Of a stretch of DNA of 64,000 bases, positions 35,931-50,514 are shown one piece after another. The translations under genes were made by a program, and so were the position numbers. The stretch lies in contig OZ234493.1 of the NCBI GenBank assembly GCA_965153455.1, forward strand, positions 23,054,213-23,118,212, in the 5' to 3' direction. Numbering within the stretch: position 1 is the first letter of the stretch; each line of letters starts with the position of its first letter. This DNA comes from Sphagnum compactum. Taxonomy: Eukaryota. The notes under the pieces were generated by a model. It saw only the letters and a list, made by a program, of their open reading frames with translations. It ran no database searches and was not told the origin of the DNA.

Positions 35931-38900
35931 TTCATATCATTCCCAACTCAAAATGGAATGGAAATTTCTTTTTTAGGGACTATCCAAACTTTTTGACTTT
36001 CAGAAAGGTTTTTTCCCTCCTGACCCAATCAATCGATATATTACGAAATAAAATAAAACCTTGAGCCTTACCTTCCCCAACTAATTAATATGAATCACAA
36101 GACCTTTACTTACTAGCACTTCACAACCAATAAAAAGTGACCGCCAATACCAACCACATGCCGAAACCCCAAAAATTACAAAAGAAAAGGTTTTAAACTT
36201 TAAAAATTGTTACAAAAGTAACAACCACATGCGTAACCCCACACCCCCAAATTTATTATTAAAAAAAATAAATTATAGCTGAATATTTTTTCACAAACTA
36301 ACAACATATCTAACGGTAGCCAAAATATTTAATTAAAAAATTAAAAATAAAAATTTAAGAAACTTAAGAACTGAATTTGGTCAGCCATTTTGTGAATTGG
36401 AAAAGGGCAGGAAGGAAGCCCACAATTGAATGAATGAAGATGGTGATAGTGGGGTGGGTTCATGCCTTGACTAAACTTATAGGGAGAAGTTTTGGAGATT
36501 ATATAAGATCATGAATGGGGAGGGGATAAGTAGCTTTAGTGTCAGAAGCAGCATGTGTGGGTATAAATAATAAGGTTAGTTGGGCTTGGGAATGAGGAGT
36601 CTTGCTCCATCACCACCATCACCACCACCACCACCACTTGGTTCAAGCCTAAGGAATGAAACTAAATGTAAAATTCATCAAGTGTTTGGTAATGTGGAGG
36701 TTGAAGAATGGATATTATTATTATACGAAATAATAACATGGATCCTTAACCAAAGACAACATCAGGCTACTTTAGGGAGAAATTGGGTCTTCTTGCATCA
36801 AAGTTGATCCTTGTGGAGTTTGTTATGAAAGTCAAGAGGTGAAATACGTGCAATGAGCTCAATTGGAATCAAGCTTAATTCCATAAGAGGAGAATTGAGA
36901 TATCCGAAATTGGTGCAAACTTCGAACTTAGATGGCTGTTTGGTTGAAATTAGTGGCAAGACCTAAAATTGCGACGCCAACTTTTGAACTACAACAAAAT
37001 ATAGGACCAAACTTTCCAATCACCTTCTAAGCTTCGGGTTTGTTAATTCAAGATCCTAAGGGACAACACTAAAAAAAAAGTAAAAAATAGGTGAGTAAAA
37101 ATATAGGGTGCAATATATTGGTTGTTGGGTAAAAATTATAAGTTATTTAGTTTAAGAATAAAGTACATTTTATTCAAATAATCAATTTAATTATAATATA
37201 AGGTATGTAATAATCTGAAATAATGGATTATAATTAGTATAAGGTGGCCTTCATATATATATAAATTAGATAATAATTGAGTGATAAAAATAGGTTGTAC
37301 AATTATTTACTACCCCACCTAAAAATGGTCATTTAACACACGTAGATTTCAAACTTTACATTAAGTATCCCCCCAAGCTCAAGATAAGCACATAAGCTTT
37401 TGCCAAACACACACATTTCTCACGAAGCTCATACCAAGTTTTTGACTCACAATATTCCATTTGAACTTATTAGAATTTAGACTCCAACCTTCACACATGA
37501 AAGGATTGATCATTATGTAACGGAATCAAAACTTCAACTGATCTAGTTATGAACCCTTTTTACTTGTAAAAAATGTCCTATTTTGACACAAATTTCTTAG
37601 ATCATCTTTGCCCATGCTTCCTTATCTCTACTCTTTCCTAAAGACATATTTCCTACTTACTAAGTACAACCCTCTTGCTTTCCTTCCTCTCCAAAAGTCA
37701 TAACATCAAAAAAAAAACTTTCAAAAAAAAACCAAAATACCATAATAAGCACCAAGTATATATTAAAAGCCCCCCTTGAAAGTCAACAATACCATAGTTT
37801 TTAATAGCCACAATGCAAAGATTTGAACCAAAGCTTAAAACTAAGCATGGATCTTGTACAACAAAGTCAAGAACTAGACATGTTTTAATGTCATGTAATA
37901 TTTGACCTTCAAGTTTGCTATCAAAACTTGGATTTAAATGTTGGCAACAAATCAAGATTTTATAACATGGCTCTACTGTTCACATATGTGTAAATGTTGC
38001 ATTTCAAAACACATTTGAGCATAAAAACATAAACAAATCTAAACATGCAAATTGAACTATATACAATATTGCCTATATTATCATAAAATTATATTTGAAT
38101 CAATTCACATCAAAATGAATAGCACCAAATAATGAATTTTTTTTCAATTTTTGGTGTTGTGTCATTAGCTAACATCCCAAAAGGTTTTAGCATTAAATGG
38201 CATTGACTAAGTAATATATGTTCAAATGTACTTTTACATTAGTAAATTTAATGATATTATAGATATTTATTAAATTAATGTATGAAAATCATCATAGATT
38301 ATTTGAAGGAATCAATTAAAAGTCTTACTTTCTCTTTATTAAAATACACTTGACACCTATATGAAACAAAGGTTTCATTACGAAAAGTAAAGCTTGCAAA
38401 TAATTTTTTTTTTTAAATTACTGAAAAAAAAAACTTGAAAATTAATTCACATTCATACAAAATATCTTATAGTTGATAATTCAATTAAAAATTTTAATGT
38501 TTCACAATTTTGTGATGAGTTTTGTTATTACTTTACATCAACTTGCATCTAGTATTAATAAAGTAATCCAAATCTTCCCTTACCTTGTTACACTTAAGCC
38601 ATGTACACCATTTTCCTTTTGAAAATTCATTCAATGGAGCCAACAACAAAGGATTTTATGGAGGCAATTTCATCAATATTTTTAGACCTAACATATGTGA
38701 AATATTAAAATTTGAGTAGATTATCTCTTTGGAAATTTCTTAAAAGTTCAATATTAAAATTTTAATGGAATTGTATTCCAACTTTATTTGGCTGAACTAA
38801 TTTTCACTTTCAAAATTCATTCAATATTACAATATGTGTTCAAAAGCACAAACCACACTAGTGCAAATATTTGTTACAAGTAATTTTTTTTACTATTGCA

Positions 38901-41900
38901 CATCTTGTCAAGTTAAAAATGAGTTATACTTATTATTGAAATCAATTTTAACTTATATATAGGAGTATCAAAATTCATGTATGAAAACAAAAATGGACTA
39001 AATAAACTATCCAAACAACTAGGATGTATTTGTAATCAATGTAAATTAACAAATTAGTTATTATTGATTTCAAATCATCAAATTGATTGGTGGTCATAAT
39101 TAATTAATCAAGTAACATTAGGTGTCATAAAAAAGCTTAATTTGTAGAAGAAATTTGTATAAGTTTCTATTGCAATAAATATAACATGTATAATAATAAT
39201 TACTATGATGGATTATGGTTGTTAATCAACACCTAAAGGTTCGTTTTCAATAGTAATTTGGGACAAAATTACTTCCAAATCAAGAAGTCTTTTGCTCACT
39301 GGAAAGATCTCAACAAGAATTACAAGAGAGTGAGGTTGCATGTTCGAAGTTAACCTATTTTGAGGGAGTTAGGGTGTTCCAAAGATGCAAAACACAATGT
39401 GTCCCAATTTTAAGAATCCTTTTTTGGCTTTTGAAAATTTTAGCCATAATCCTTACTAACAACTCCAACCTATATTATATGGAAGAGTGATAGCTCCCCC
39501 AAAGTCCAACCAATTTGAGTATAGGGTAAGTTCAAGGCTTGTGTATGTGAATTCATTGAGAAGTGTTCATGAATGTCCATTTGTTGTAGTTTATCCCAGA
39601 TTTCTAACACACCCCTCCTGTTCTAATGCATGGAGGTACATAACATGCCCTTAGTTCTTCATTATTTTCACTATTGCCACTTTAAGGAGAACTTACCACC
39701 AATACCTTGGGATGAACCTAAGGTGTGTCACACTAAAGGAAAACCAACACATAATGGTTTTACATGTAAAAAGCTAATGCAATTAAAATACAAGTTCATG
39801 TTTCTTTTCATTTGTAAAATCAATTCAGAGGTTGAGGTGGTTAGTTATTTTGACTTTGGTGGGATTATGACCTTTATCATGTCCTGCAAATGACATGACA
39901 TATTTAGGGTTTTTTTTTAAATGGCTTTTTCATGAAGATGTGACCATCACCTTTTGGTAGTTTGTCCTTGAAAATTGGGGATGATGGCAACTAACAAAAA
40001 AAATGTTGCTAACTTGCTAGATATTCTACACTGAGTTTGTAGTTGAAATTTGTTGTGCTGGATAATAAGATTTGTGTGGAGGTTTGGATGGTGATTTGTA
40101 TGGAAGGTGTGCGATCGAATTTTTGGCAATAAGGAGTGTCAACAAAGATATAAGCACATAAGTTCTATGAAGAAGCTAGGGGGAAGAATGCAAAGCTAAG
40201 TACATTGTGTTTAAGTAGGATGTGAAATGATTAAATTTTCTACAAAAGCAACACTAAATCCAAATTATTCATTTTCTACTGCATAGTGTAATGCAAGTTA
40301 TAGATTGGAATGTAGTAGTTATGTCTTTTGAGGAGATGTTTTCCTTGACCTAGTATAGTATTGAAAAGGTTGGAAATGATGACATTGTTTAAAATTCACA
40401 ATCTTGGAAATCCGTCAAGTCCTAGTCCTGTTTCTTAGGTTGATCATAAGGAACACAAAATTTGAATGTTTTGGGTTTGGGAAAATACTTCCAATATCAA
40501 AGGAGAAACATTATGAAGTTGTGGGTTTATGTTGCAGCATCAAGGGATGATACCTATCAATGGACAAGAGGGTGAAACATGAAAGTTTAATCCAACATCT
40601 TTAGTCATAGTTGTCAAGGTGCAACATAGTTGTGATTGAAGGGCTTATCTATGTTGTTAGTATGTGGCAACGATGTTAATTGTTGGAGTTCATACTTCAA
40701 GAATCTTAAGAATAAAAGATTTGATTATTATGTGGACATAATCAAATAAGATAATTTTTAGCATGATTATTATTGGCAATAAACTATCTTAGCCTCTAAT
40801 TTTTTATTACAAGATATCTATCTCAATCAAGGGTAGTTTATGAATTTGTCAACCTTTTGCATGAAAATCGAATGTAGACAATTTATGTGATGGGTGAAAA
40901 TGTACCTCAAACCTCACTAGCAAACATGCAAAATTGAAATCATAATCAATCTATCACCAAAAAGGGTGCATTTGTGAAAACACATATCACAACAATTATA
41001 ATTCATGCTTGGGTTTTTGTGTATTTGATGTAAAAATTTGTATTAATGTTTCAAGTTTAGAATTTTTTAACATGATTTTCTAAAAGTATAAACTATGAAA
41101 ACATGTGGAATAATTTGGATTGAATCTAATGGATATAGAATATTCAAAAACACACATAAAACATTGTAACTAATGTTTTTTTTTTTTCATTTTTAAAAGA
41201 CTTGAAATATGCAACAATTATTGAAATATCTACATAATAGTGTGATTAATTGTGAAAAAACAAAAATTATTCATAAAAATCATGGATAATTTCTAATCCA
41301 TGATCACATTTTATAACTGATTGTAGTTTGCCATATGATCATCTTGACAAGCATTCTCACTACTTTTTATTAATAGTCAAAAATATTATGTCACAATAAA
41401 GTCTTGTCTAAAAGGTTGGTTTATATTATATTGTTTGCACTTAAAAACATTCATTATCTTAAACAATTCAATGTCGTCATGTAAACTTATGATGTTTTAC
41501 ATTTAATTACCTTTAATGTTTTGATTTGTTGTATTTCAAATATTAGTGAAGGGGTGTAATCACAATAACACGTACCATAGCAAATGTAAGGCTTGTTGGG
41601 TTTTTTCATGTTTTAAAGTCATAATTTAACTTGATGTTCAAATTGTAAGATTTGTTTATATAGTTGTATTTTTAATATATCATGGGAACATGTGAATTAA
41701 TTTGACATTAATTCAATGAGTAAAAAATTAACAAAAACATTCATTAAACACTATAACGCTTATTTTTAAGCAATTAAAGGCCTTGTAAATGGATTTGAAT
41801 TTTTTCGAAAATGACAATTTTTTGCCAAATTTTTAACATAAACCTTAACATAATAACATGAATTTTTTATAAATGTTTTTTTAAAAAATTCAAAACTTTT

Positions 41901-43607
41901 TAAAAAATATTTCAAGAATATTCTAAAAATATTTCTTAAAAAACAATCACAAAAGCAATCAAAAAGCAGGCAGGTGTGACTCATGTTATCTCGTTTGCAC
42001 CCAAAGGGTCCATGCCAAAGATTGAAAGGGAGAAAAAGAAAACAAGGATGGGAAAAACAAGGGATAATAAAAAATCTTGTCAAATAAATGTGATTTGATT
42101 TAAAGGATGAAAGAGAAGCCAATTTTTGACAATGAAATGTACCCCATAGACAAAACATTATAATTCATGGATGAAATTGACCAACATCCCTGTATTTTAA
42201 TTTGATTGACATGGCCAAATGTTACGGTTTTAAGTGATCAAATTCATCAATTAAAATTATTTCATCCATGTACTGAAATTTCATCCATGCCATTCAATTG
42301 ATATTATCAATATTGTACGTTAGTGTCACCCATGTGGGTTGGGCTAATTCATCCAGATTGTGTAGTCTGTTTTCATCCATGTGTTTCAATTTCCGGTCAC
42401 GCTTCTCAAGTGACCTTACATTATAGCAAAACTAGTCTCCTCTAAATTCCTGATTATCTGAAAATAAATTTATTAATTTGGCATGCAGAATCTGCCTGTA
42501 GCTCCTATTTCCTATTTATAAGTTGAGGTTTTTAAAAACAAAATGGGTTTCTTTGCCGCAGGGGGGATTTTATTTTTCCCCATTTTTTTTATATTAAGAA
42601 ATTGAAGAATTTCTCCAAAAAATAAGAAAAAATTCTCAAAGTTACACTAGAAAAACACATTTCTCCCAAAAAAAAAGAAGAACTTGCCTCCATAATTGAA
42701 TGGGGATTAGGGTCCTCCCATAGTAATTAAGGGGCTTAAGAATTAAGTACCTCATTTTGAGCAATCCCTTGCAGGGTTTCTTTTTAAGGATTTTGTTATG
42801 TAACCAAAGTGGCAATCATCCAGAAAATAATTTAGCCAAATTTGGCTACATACAAGATATGAAAGTAGGAAAAAAAAAAAAAAAACAAAAAAACACAATA
42901 CTTTTTTATTCTTGGCTGGAACTTATCATAAAAATTTGACGATTTTAAATAAATAAATAAATAAAAATCTGACACGGATTTTTGTGTGGTTCTTTGATAT
43001 AGTTAATAACCTTTGGCTTTTGGGTAATCGAAAATTTTCAAAACCAAAGAACCTTCAGTTCAGGGTATCGAAAAGCTTCTGAATCAGACAAGCTTGGGTT
43101 ACGGGTTTTTGAAAGAGTTCAAAGAACCGTCAGGTTTCACAATAGAACTGGCAAAGGAGCCATCAGATTAGGGCCCCGGTTCTTTGATTTGCTTTACAAC
43201 CCCGGTTGAGGGTCGAACTGGTTTGATCACTTTTGAGAGTTGCCAGTTGAAGGTCAGAACTGGTTCTTTGATTTTTGAGAACCGCCTATGAAGGGTATTA
43301 CATGTACCCTACCCCCCCCCCCCAATATGACGGAAGGAACATCAATGAGCGATTTCGGCATACAGAATCTGCCAGGTCTGCCAATTCTGCAAGGGGAATG
43401 TATCCTAACATATTCAACCTTGTAATGAGGTTGTAATATGGCAAAAATATGCCCAAGTGCTCTTACAGCTACAAGAATATCATAAGTTCTAGTTACGGAC
43501 CCATTATTGGTTGCAATACTTGAACTCATAATCTTGAACTTTCTCTTCTCTTCCAAATTCCAATTCAAACAAGTAGGATGGAGTGGATGTGAACTAAAAG
43601 GCCATTA

Positions 43608-45675
43608 AAGCATCTCCACCATGAGCTTGGATCTACCCCTTTACATTACATTTGGAGGTGTTTCTGAGATGGTAAATGATTAAAATTTGTCAAGTGTCAT
43701 AACATTCTTTGTCAATTTCCCTTGCTATGTTATCTTTTACCTCTTAGTAGTCATCACACTACAATACAACAAAAGGTGTCCTTGTACATCAAGGAATTAC
43801 ACTTGATTTTGAATGAATTCACTAGTTTGGTGAATGGAGACTAGTGAATTGCATCCACATTTTGTAATGGTGTCATTTTTCGATCTTCTTGTAATCTTTC
43901 ATCACAATTTGGCTTGTCCATTATCATAGCTCAATTCAAATCCTTTGTTTTAATATGCCCTTGTTAAGTTGCTTCTGTGATGAAGTTTTTGTGTGAAGTT
44001 TCTTCCTACACACACATTGAGCTTGATGAAAATGATGATGAATAATATTTTGCAATGCAAATCTTACATGTGTTTGGGGACAAACTTGATGAAGACAAAC
44101 ATAGTCATGGAAGGTCAAGAATTGGTCATCAAGCCAATGTGTGGAGAATTTTTTGTTTGTTGAGTGAAAAGTGGATTCATTGAAACTACTTTGTAAATGT
44201 TCTTGTTTACAACATGAAGTTATTTTGATGTCATTATAGAATGAACTATCACTTGTTCTTGTGCATCATGGAATGTTGGCATTCAATTTCGATAAGGATT
44301 GTCTTTTGTAACATTTTAAACAAGGTAATAAAGCCATAGAAAATCTTAACATTCATTTAAAACTATACAAGGACCTTATTGAACACACAATTGAAAGGCA
44401 ATCATTGAAAAAATTGCACATTCTTTTCAATTTTGTGGTGCAATTACATTTTATTCCAAAAATTCACTTCCATATGCATTGTTGTTTTATTGTGTTTTAA
44501 CAAATGCATTGATAAATTGACGGGTGGGATTTGAATTTGAGGGGTCCAAATTTGTCATAAAAGTCAAAGCGATTGCTAAAGTCATGACATTCACAAGAAA
44601 TTCACAAATTTCACCATAAATTTTTCATTGAAGGTGGTCCTTGAGCTATTGTAGTTCTTCAAGTTGTCATAGTTTGAATATTCATTTGTGTGTTCAAACA
44701 TTGTGTTTCTAGTATTGAAAATAAGGCCATAATGATCACCTCTTCTAAGATCGACACCTTCTTCAAAGTTGTAGTCACCATGTTGGTAGTTATTTTGCCA
44801 TGGGCTTGTAACATGTTTTTTTCTTACCTTCATTTAATCAATTTTTTTTTGGTCGTTGATACTTGTGGTCTCTCTATACGTGTGTGTAGAATTGGTATGT
44901 GATCTTGAGATTTTGGAGCTGATTACTTCGACTACACTAGTTGAAATTTTTTGGTGGCCTTGGAAGTTTTGTACTTTGGAGGTGGTGTGTCTTTCAACTC
45001 CTCTTGCATATCATCCCACCAAGGGATATCCTTCAATAACAACAAACAATGGATGAAGGTGAAGATTGAATGCTTTGGGTGCCATTACTTGTACAATTCC
45101 AAACTACTTTATAACACATTTTAAAGTGAAGATCTCAACTTATTTAGAGTTGTACCTAACCCAAAACAACCCACAAATTTAGAAATATCATGTTTTACAA
45201 TTCCCCATTTCAATTTCAATAGTTTAGTTGGTCTTTTTTCACTTGTAGGTGGTTTGTGATTGTTGTGGTGCTCTTGAATCTGCTTCCAAAACATGTGCAA
45301 TTTTTTACCCATTTCTAGTGATAGGGTATCACATATGTGTAAAAAGAACACATGCACACAATTGAGCTCTTCATCAATGACAAAAAATTTCCCTTTTTTG
45401 GATTGCAAAATCTTTGAAACTAAGAAAGATGTTGTGCTTTTCATGTGCAATGTTAGATATTCCCCTTTTGACATCATGAAATTTGATGTAATGTCTTGCT
45501 CAAGGTTCCTCTATATATGTTGCTGTTTGATTATGTGTAGGGGGAGAAATTAGATGGGCGTATTAGTCTTCTATAATTTAGTGATGACAATGGGAAGAGC
45601 TCAACAACACTTTTATTACCATTTATGATAAGATGCAATTGGCAAACTATTTATGGTATCCCATGGGAGATGATC
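43608..45675. mobile_element. Internally deleted PIF/Harbinger transposon
   Basis: TIRs AAGCATCTCC..GGAGATGATC (GAGCATCTCC type) with TTA on both sides. Minus-strand Myb/SANT-like ORF1 remnant 45121-45477 (FWKQIQEHH..KWGIVKHDISKFVGCF). Plus-strand nuclease remnants NYF..VYNMKLF*CHYRMNYHLFLCIME (~44170-44275) and IHLKLYKDLIEH (~44350-44390). Confidence 0.85.
43757..43872. mobile_element. Repeat family B copy nested in the Harbinger element
   Basis: CACTACAA..CCACATTTTGTAATGGTG. Confidence 0.7.
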
Positions 45676-45715
45676 TTACCCACCCTATGGTATAGATTTA
45701 ACCAAGGGTCAGATC

Positions 45716-45955
45716 CAATGTTAGGTGGGTATTTGAAATATTTAGGTATTTTTAAAAAATTAGAACGGTTGATTTTGGTTATTTAAAAACTCTCAAAATT
45801 AGAGCTGTCAGGTTTCATGAAGGAACTGGCAATTATTCTTGGCAGTTATTTGACCTTCTCAAAATTTTTTTTTTGAGAACCACGGTTATGAACCCTAAGA
45901 ACCACCCTGAAATCTGGATCGGGGTTAGGCAGTTTCTAATAACCACCCAACACTG
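45716..45955. mobile_element. hAT-type MITE of the AAAGAACCG family
   Basis: CAATGTTAGGTGG..CCACCCAACACTG. Relatives at ~1004-1270, 7030-7260, 22600-23290, 25369-25510, 34913-35325, 42970-43320 and 50330-50510. Confidence 0.65.
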
Positions 45956-46641
45956 GTCTATTGTTATTGTCTCAAGGGTGTTGAGAATATTCCTTGTAAC
46001 TGAAGTGGTTTCATGAGGAATATTCTCAAACCTCACTACACTACTTGATGCCTCATAACAAAATATTCCTATCACAGTGGGTTAGGGACCAACAGTTAAG
46101 AAAACTTAATTACAAAAAGAAAAAAGAAAATAAAATTCCATAAGTGGAATGATTCATCCATAGTCAATAGTGTATATGGGATGTGGCTTATTATTTATTA
46201 TTAAGCTAGTCATTGGATGTGAGGGAAAAGGGGGATGAGAAAATTGGACATTCCATTCCTCTTGTTTGTTCCAAGTTGTTGTTTGTCACAATAGATACTA
46301 GGTTTATGGAAGCTTGTCAGCAAAGAACAATGCCAGGGTCCTTTCTTTTTCCTTTTCCTCTTGTCACCATAGGAAAACCCTAAACCCTAAACTTAACCTA
46401 ATTTTTTAATTTTTTTTTTGGCTTGGAACCTCATACAGCATAATCTTCCTGCTTGTTCTGGCAGGCATCTAACAAGATTATGTGTTTCCTTACAACAGCC
46501 AGGCCTAAGGTTCCTTCAACAACCCACTAGAAGCCCATGTCTTGAGACATGCCTAACCTAGAATGGTTTTCTTTTTGTTGTTTTGAAGTTCTTGTTTTGG
46601 AAAAAATTCCCACCAGTGCTTTAACGTCGTGTAATGCCCTC

Positions 46642-46775
46642 AGAGTGGGGCATTCTGAAAGTAAGCCAACCCCTCGACTCTACTTAGAGTGGGGCATTCC
46701 GAAAGTAAGCCAACCCTCGACTCTATTTAGGGAGTGGGACATTCCCAAAGTAAGCGACCCTTGACTCTACCTAGG
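46642..46775. repeat. Tandem repeat, 3 x ~44 bp
   Basis: GAGTGGG.CATTC..AAAGTAAGC.ACCC..GACTCTA three times. Confidence 0.9.
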
Positions 46776-47594
46776 GTTAGGGTGCATACTCACTCGGGGA
46801 TTCCACCCCGCTCCTGAAGTGGTACCCTAGAGTAGTTTTAAGTCTTCAAGATGGGGGAAGGGCATGGTTATCAAGGATTAACACTAAATGATTTGATTAG
46901 TAGAAGGGATTAGCAGATATGAATTTTCAAAATTATTTATTCATCTTATAGTATGATTTAATGTATATAAAGATGAACATAATGCAAAATTGGTCACATT
47001 GATGATACAAGGGGTTAGAGTTTAATGTAAAAAGGGATGTGAAGGAAAGGAGGAGGAGGAGGACAACAATCAAAAGTAAGTAATAGAGGAGCTTGTCCCC
47101 TATGTTTGACCAGACTATCTATTTACATACTTAGGCTTCTTGTATTGGGAGTTGGGACACAAAGGGACACCAGAAGATCATGGAGAGAATATATGACTGG
47201 GGAGTTACAGAGGAGGGTAGGTACTACTAAAGGGGGGGGGGGGGGGGGGGGTGCTGGGTGGAGAGAGTTGTCCTGTCATTCAAAACTGTGCACAGACTAG
47301 AAAACATCACCCATTTTGGGGTACACCTGATCTTAGAATCTGATGAGTGTGGACCAAGTACCAAACTACTTGTGCAGTGCAGCATGGTAGTAAAGTTAAC
47401 ATGATGTATCAACAATAATGACCCCATGTTTCTTTCCTCCAACACTCTCTCTGCCCAAGGAAGAAGGACTCATCACTAATTTTACCACCCTATCCAGCTT
47501 CCAACTTCCAATCCCAAGCAGTAACCATGTTTGCATATTATTAACTCATTTATGTTGTAGGAAAATTTGAATCCTAAAAGTAATAGAGTTATCT

Positions 47595-48031
47595 GTAAAG
47601 TCTCACGATTAGGGGCCGACAACCGGCCAGTTTTTGTATAATAGCACGCATCAAACAGGTAACTGGGAATGAAAATTTTACAAAGTGAAATAGCTGGGCC
47701 CAAACTAGTTTTCCACCAATTTTTGGTGGTAAACTGGGATTTCGAGGGCCTCCGGCCAATGCTGCTGCATATGTTTTCACTGCTTCTACCTGTATAACTA
47801 CTAGAATTAGTAAAGTCTCACGATTAGAGGGCGAGAACCGGCCAGTTTTTGTATAATAGCACGCATCAAACACGTAACTGGGAATGAAAATTTTACAAAG
47901 TGAAATAGCTGGGGCCCAAACTAGTTTTCCACCAATTTTTGGTGGTAAACTGAGTTAAACTTGAGGGCCTCCGGCCAATGCTGCTGCTGCATATGTTCTC
48001 ACTGCTTCTACCTGTATAACTACTAGAATTA
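47595..48031. repeat. Tandem duplication, 2 x ~215-222 bp
   Basis: 47595-47809 and 47810-48031 are near-identical (GTAAAGTCTCACGATTAG..ACTACTAGAATTA). Confidence 0.95.
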
Positions 48032-50514
48032 GTCTCCAGCCTTGTGCATTAAATGCTGAGTTTCAGCATTTCATACTGAGATTTAATAAAATTTCAATGC
48101 TTTGCGGAGACCACTGAAAGAGGGTATAGGGAGTGAAAGGAGGCCCACAAAGACAGGGTGAAGACAGGGTGAGTTTATGGATAAATCTACTCTATTTTTA
48201 GGAGACTCATTTGGAATCTTCCCCCCTTTCCATGTAGTAAGTTACTTTGTTAATCAAGTGGGTTGGGAAAAGGATGTTGTGCATCAGTTGTACAGGAGTT
48301 CCGACGCATGTTATGTTTGAAGAGATGATTCTTAGGGGAAACTAGCCCCTAATCCCTCAACATTGGCCCAGTACCCTAGAAAGTGGGTTGAAGGCACACA
48401 AAACCTAAAGCCAAATCAACAAGCATCCTTTTCCAATTCTTTGCTCATGAATAAAAATATCAACAAAAATATATGTGATATAGCTTGATTCAACTAAATC
48501 TTTTGATGCATGAGGAATGTTGACCATGGCATTGAAACGAGCACTACAATGAAATTTTCATGGCCGCCATATTCTCCAAAATTTAGAAGCTCTGTATCAA
48601 AAGTATAGGAAAAATTCAATAAAATACAATTGCCAAAAGGGTGATGATTTAACATGAAATTCTTTTATTTGATTGGTGAGTTTTACCTATGGACTATTTC
48701 CTAATAATTAATGGTGGAGTCGATCTAACTCATTGAGAGACAAAACCACCTCCTTTCAATTTGAAGAGGGGTATGTATGTATATGGAGGGAAAACATCAA
48801 CCTGTTGGATCATCATGTCAGGTTGTGCTCATTTGAAAGTTGGTTGGAGGTCCGATCTACCTTTTGAAAATTGGGTTTTTGGTGAAGTAAACACAACAAT
48901 TTCATGCACATTCTGAAAGGATTGTCAGGTGAGAAACCATCTTTGCACATTGGACAAAGTAGGTGTTTTCTAGGTGTATCACACAAACAATGGTCACAAC
49001 TATGAAAGATCAAAAGAAAGAAAGAAAGTTAACCACCCCCCCCACAAACAATGGCCCCATCACTACCCACTCCAATCCTTTTTGGGTGAACCCTCAACCC
49101 TAAAACTCACAAAAATGCAAAAAATGATGAGTAAGTAAGTGTTGGACAGTTGAAGCACACACTTATGACTACAAAACTCATAACCTAAAAAAACTTGACA
49201 AAAATAACCTAAACCACTTGATGGGTGCTTCTTGATTCTCACTACCTATTCTACTACCTAGCATATTATCATTCCAAGTAGCATAATATCATGGGATCCT
49301 CTCTCCTCTAAGGGAGTGTGACTCTCTAGTAGGCTCTTTGTGTACCTTCCAAGTCAAACATTCTAACCCATCATTCCAACATCAAATTGGAAACCCACCA
49401 CCGCCAACAACATTAATAAAAGTTTGTGCAAGTCTAGCAAAAGACCTCTACTATACTCTACTTTGTTTTTGTTTTAAAAGAGTTGAAATAAGAAGTCAAT
49501 GATGGAAGGAAGAAGAAGAAGAGTCCAAAAGCCTCAGCACATTCAGGATTTACTTTAACTCACTTGCTTTTTCCTTCCTTCCTTCCTTCCTTCCGTGGTC
49601 ATCATCATCATCCATCCGTATAAATAGACTGTAAGTAAGTTTGTTTTTGTTACAATTGCAGCTCTTTTTCCGCTTACATCCTTCTGCAATGGATATGAAG
49701 AAGCTTAGCAATAATTTATTTTTTAATGTAGTCATCATGTTAAGAAGAAGACGACTGACTCCATACTTCTGTCTTTCTTTCTTCTTCATGAAGAAGGCCT
49801 GGCCTGGCCTTGCTTGGCTCATCTTTCTGAAACCCAATACGTAGTTTGTACCATAAAAACGTTATAGTGGGCCCCTTTGATGGAAATGAAAGGCTTTGTT
49901 TGTTTATTATGGTTGATTATTAATAGTAGGATTCTTTAGAATTTTCTACATTCCTCTTTGACCCGTAGCCAAATTTGGCTAGTTCCTCTTGTGGGTGATT
50001 GCTAGCACGGTTTCATCACAAAATTGGAAAAAGAAAAAAAAGGAAAAGAAAAGAAAAGAAAAACCCTGCCTTATCCCCTGAATAATATAATTTGCACTTT
50101 GAAGAAAAATTCTCTTTATTTCAGCTTGAGTTGAAATTAAAGAAGGAAAAAGAAGAATCTATGTGATTGAACAAGGATCATGGCCTTACACAGCCATCAT
50201 GCCAAAGAAGTATCATGCTTTCTCTTTTTCTTATCAGCTGCTAGACTACCGGGTGATGGGTTTGGTCTGGAGATCAAAACCCATTAGGGAAATCAAAAGG
50301 AAAAGAAACCCATCTGTTTTCAAAGAAAGAGCCCACACATATATATATGGATCCTTGATGGGTGGGGGAGGGTGGGGGTTTAGTAAAAATCAAAAAATCA
50401 ATTTTGACCCATAATCACGATTTTCGCAAAAATCAAAAGAACGGATCAAAGAAAGAACCTTGTATTAGTTCTTTGAAAATGTTTGAAAATTCAAACCCAA
50501 GAGTTATTCGATTG

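Noticed and set aside
44517..44545. tRNA-like 3' end on the minus strand (TTCAAATCCCACCCGTCA)
   Set aside because: No cloverleaf or A-box; lies inside the Harbinger element.
47340..47375. CTGATGAG as a hammerhead ribozyme core
   Set aside because: No stem II or following GAAA.
48549..48590. WPPYSP motif suggesting a Tc1/mariner transposase
   Set aside because: Not followed by DLNPIE, and no other transposase motifs nearby.
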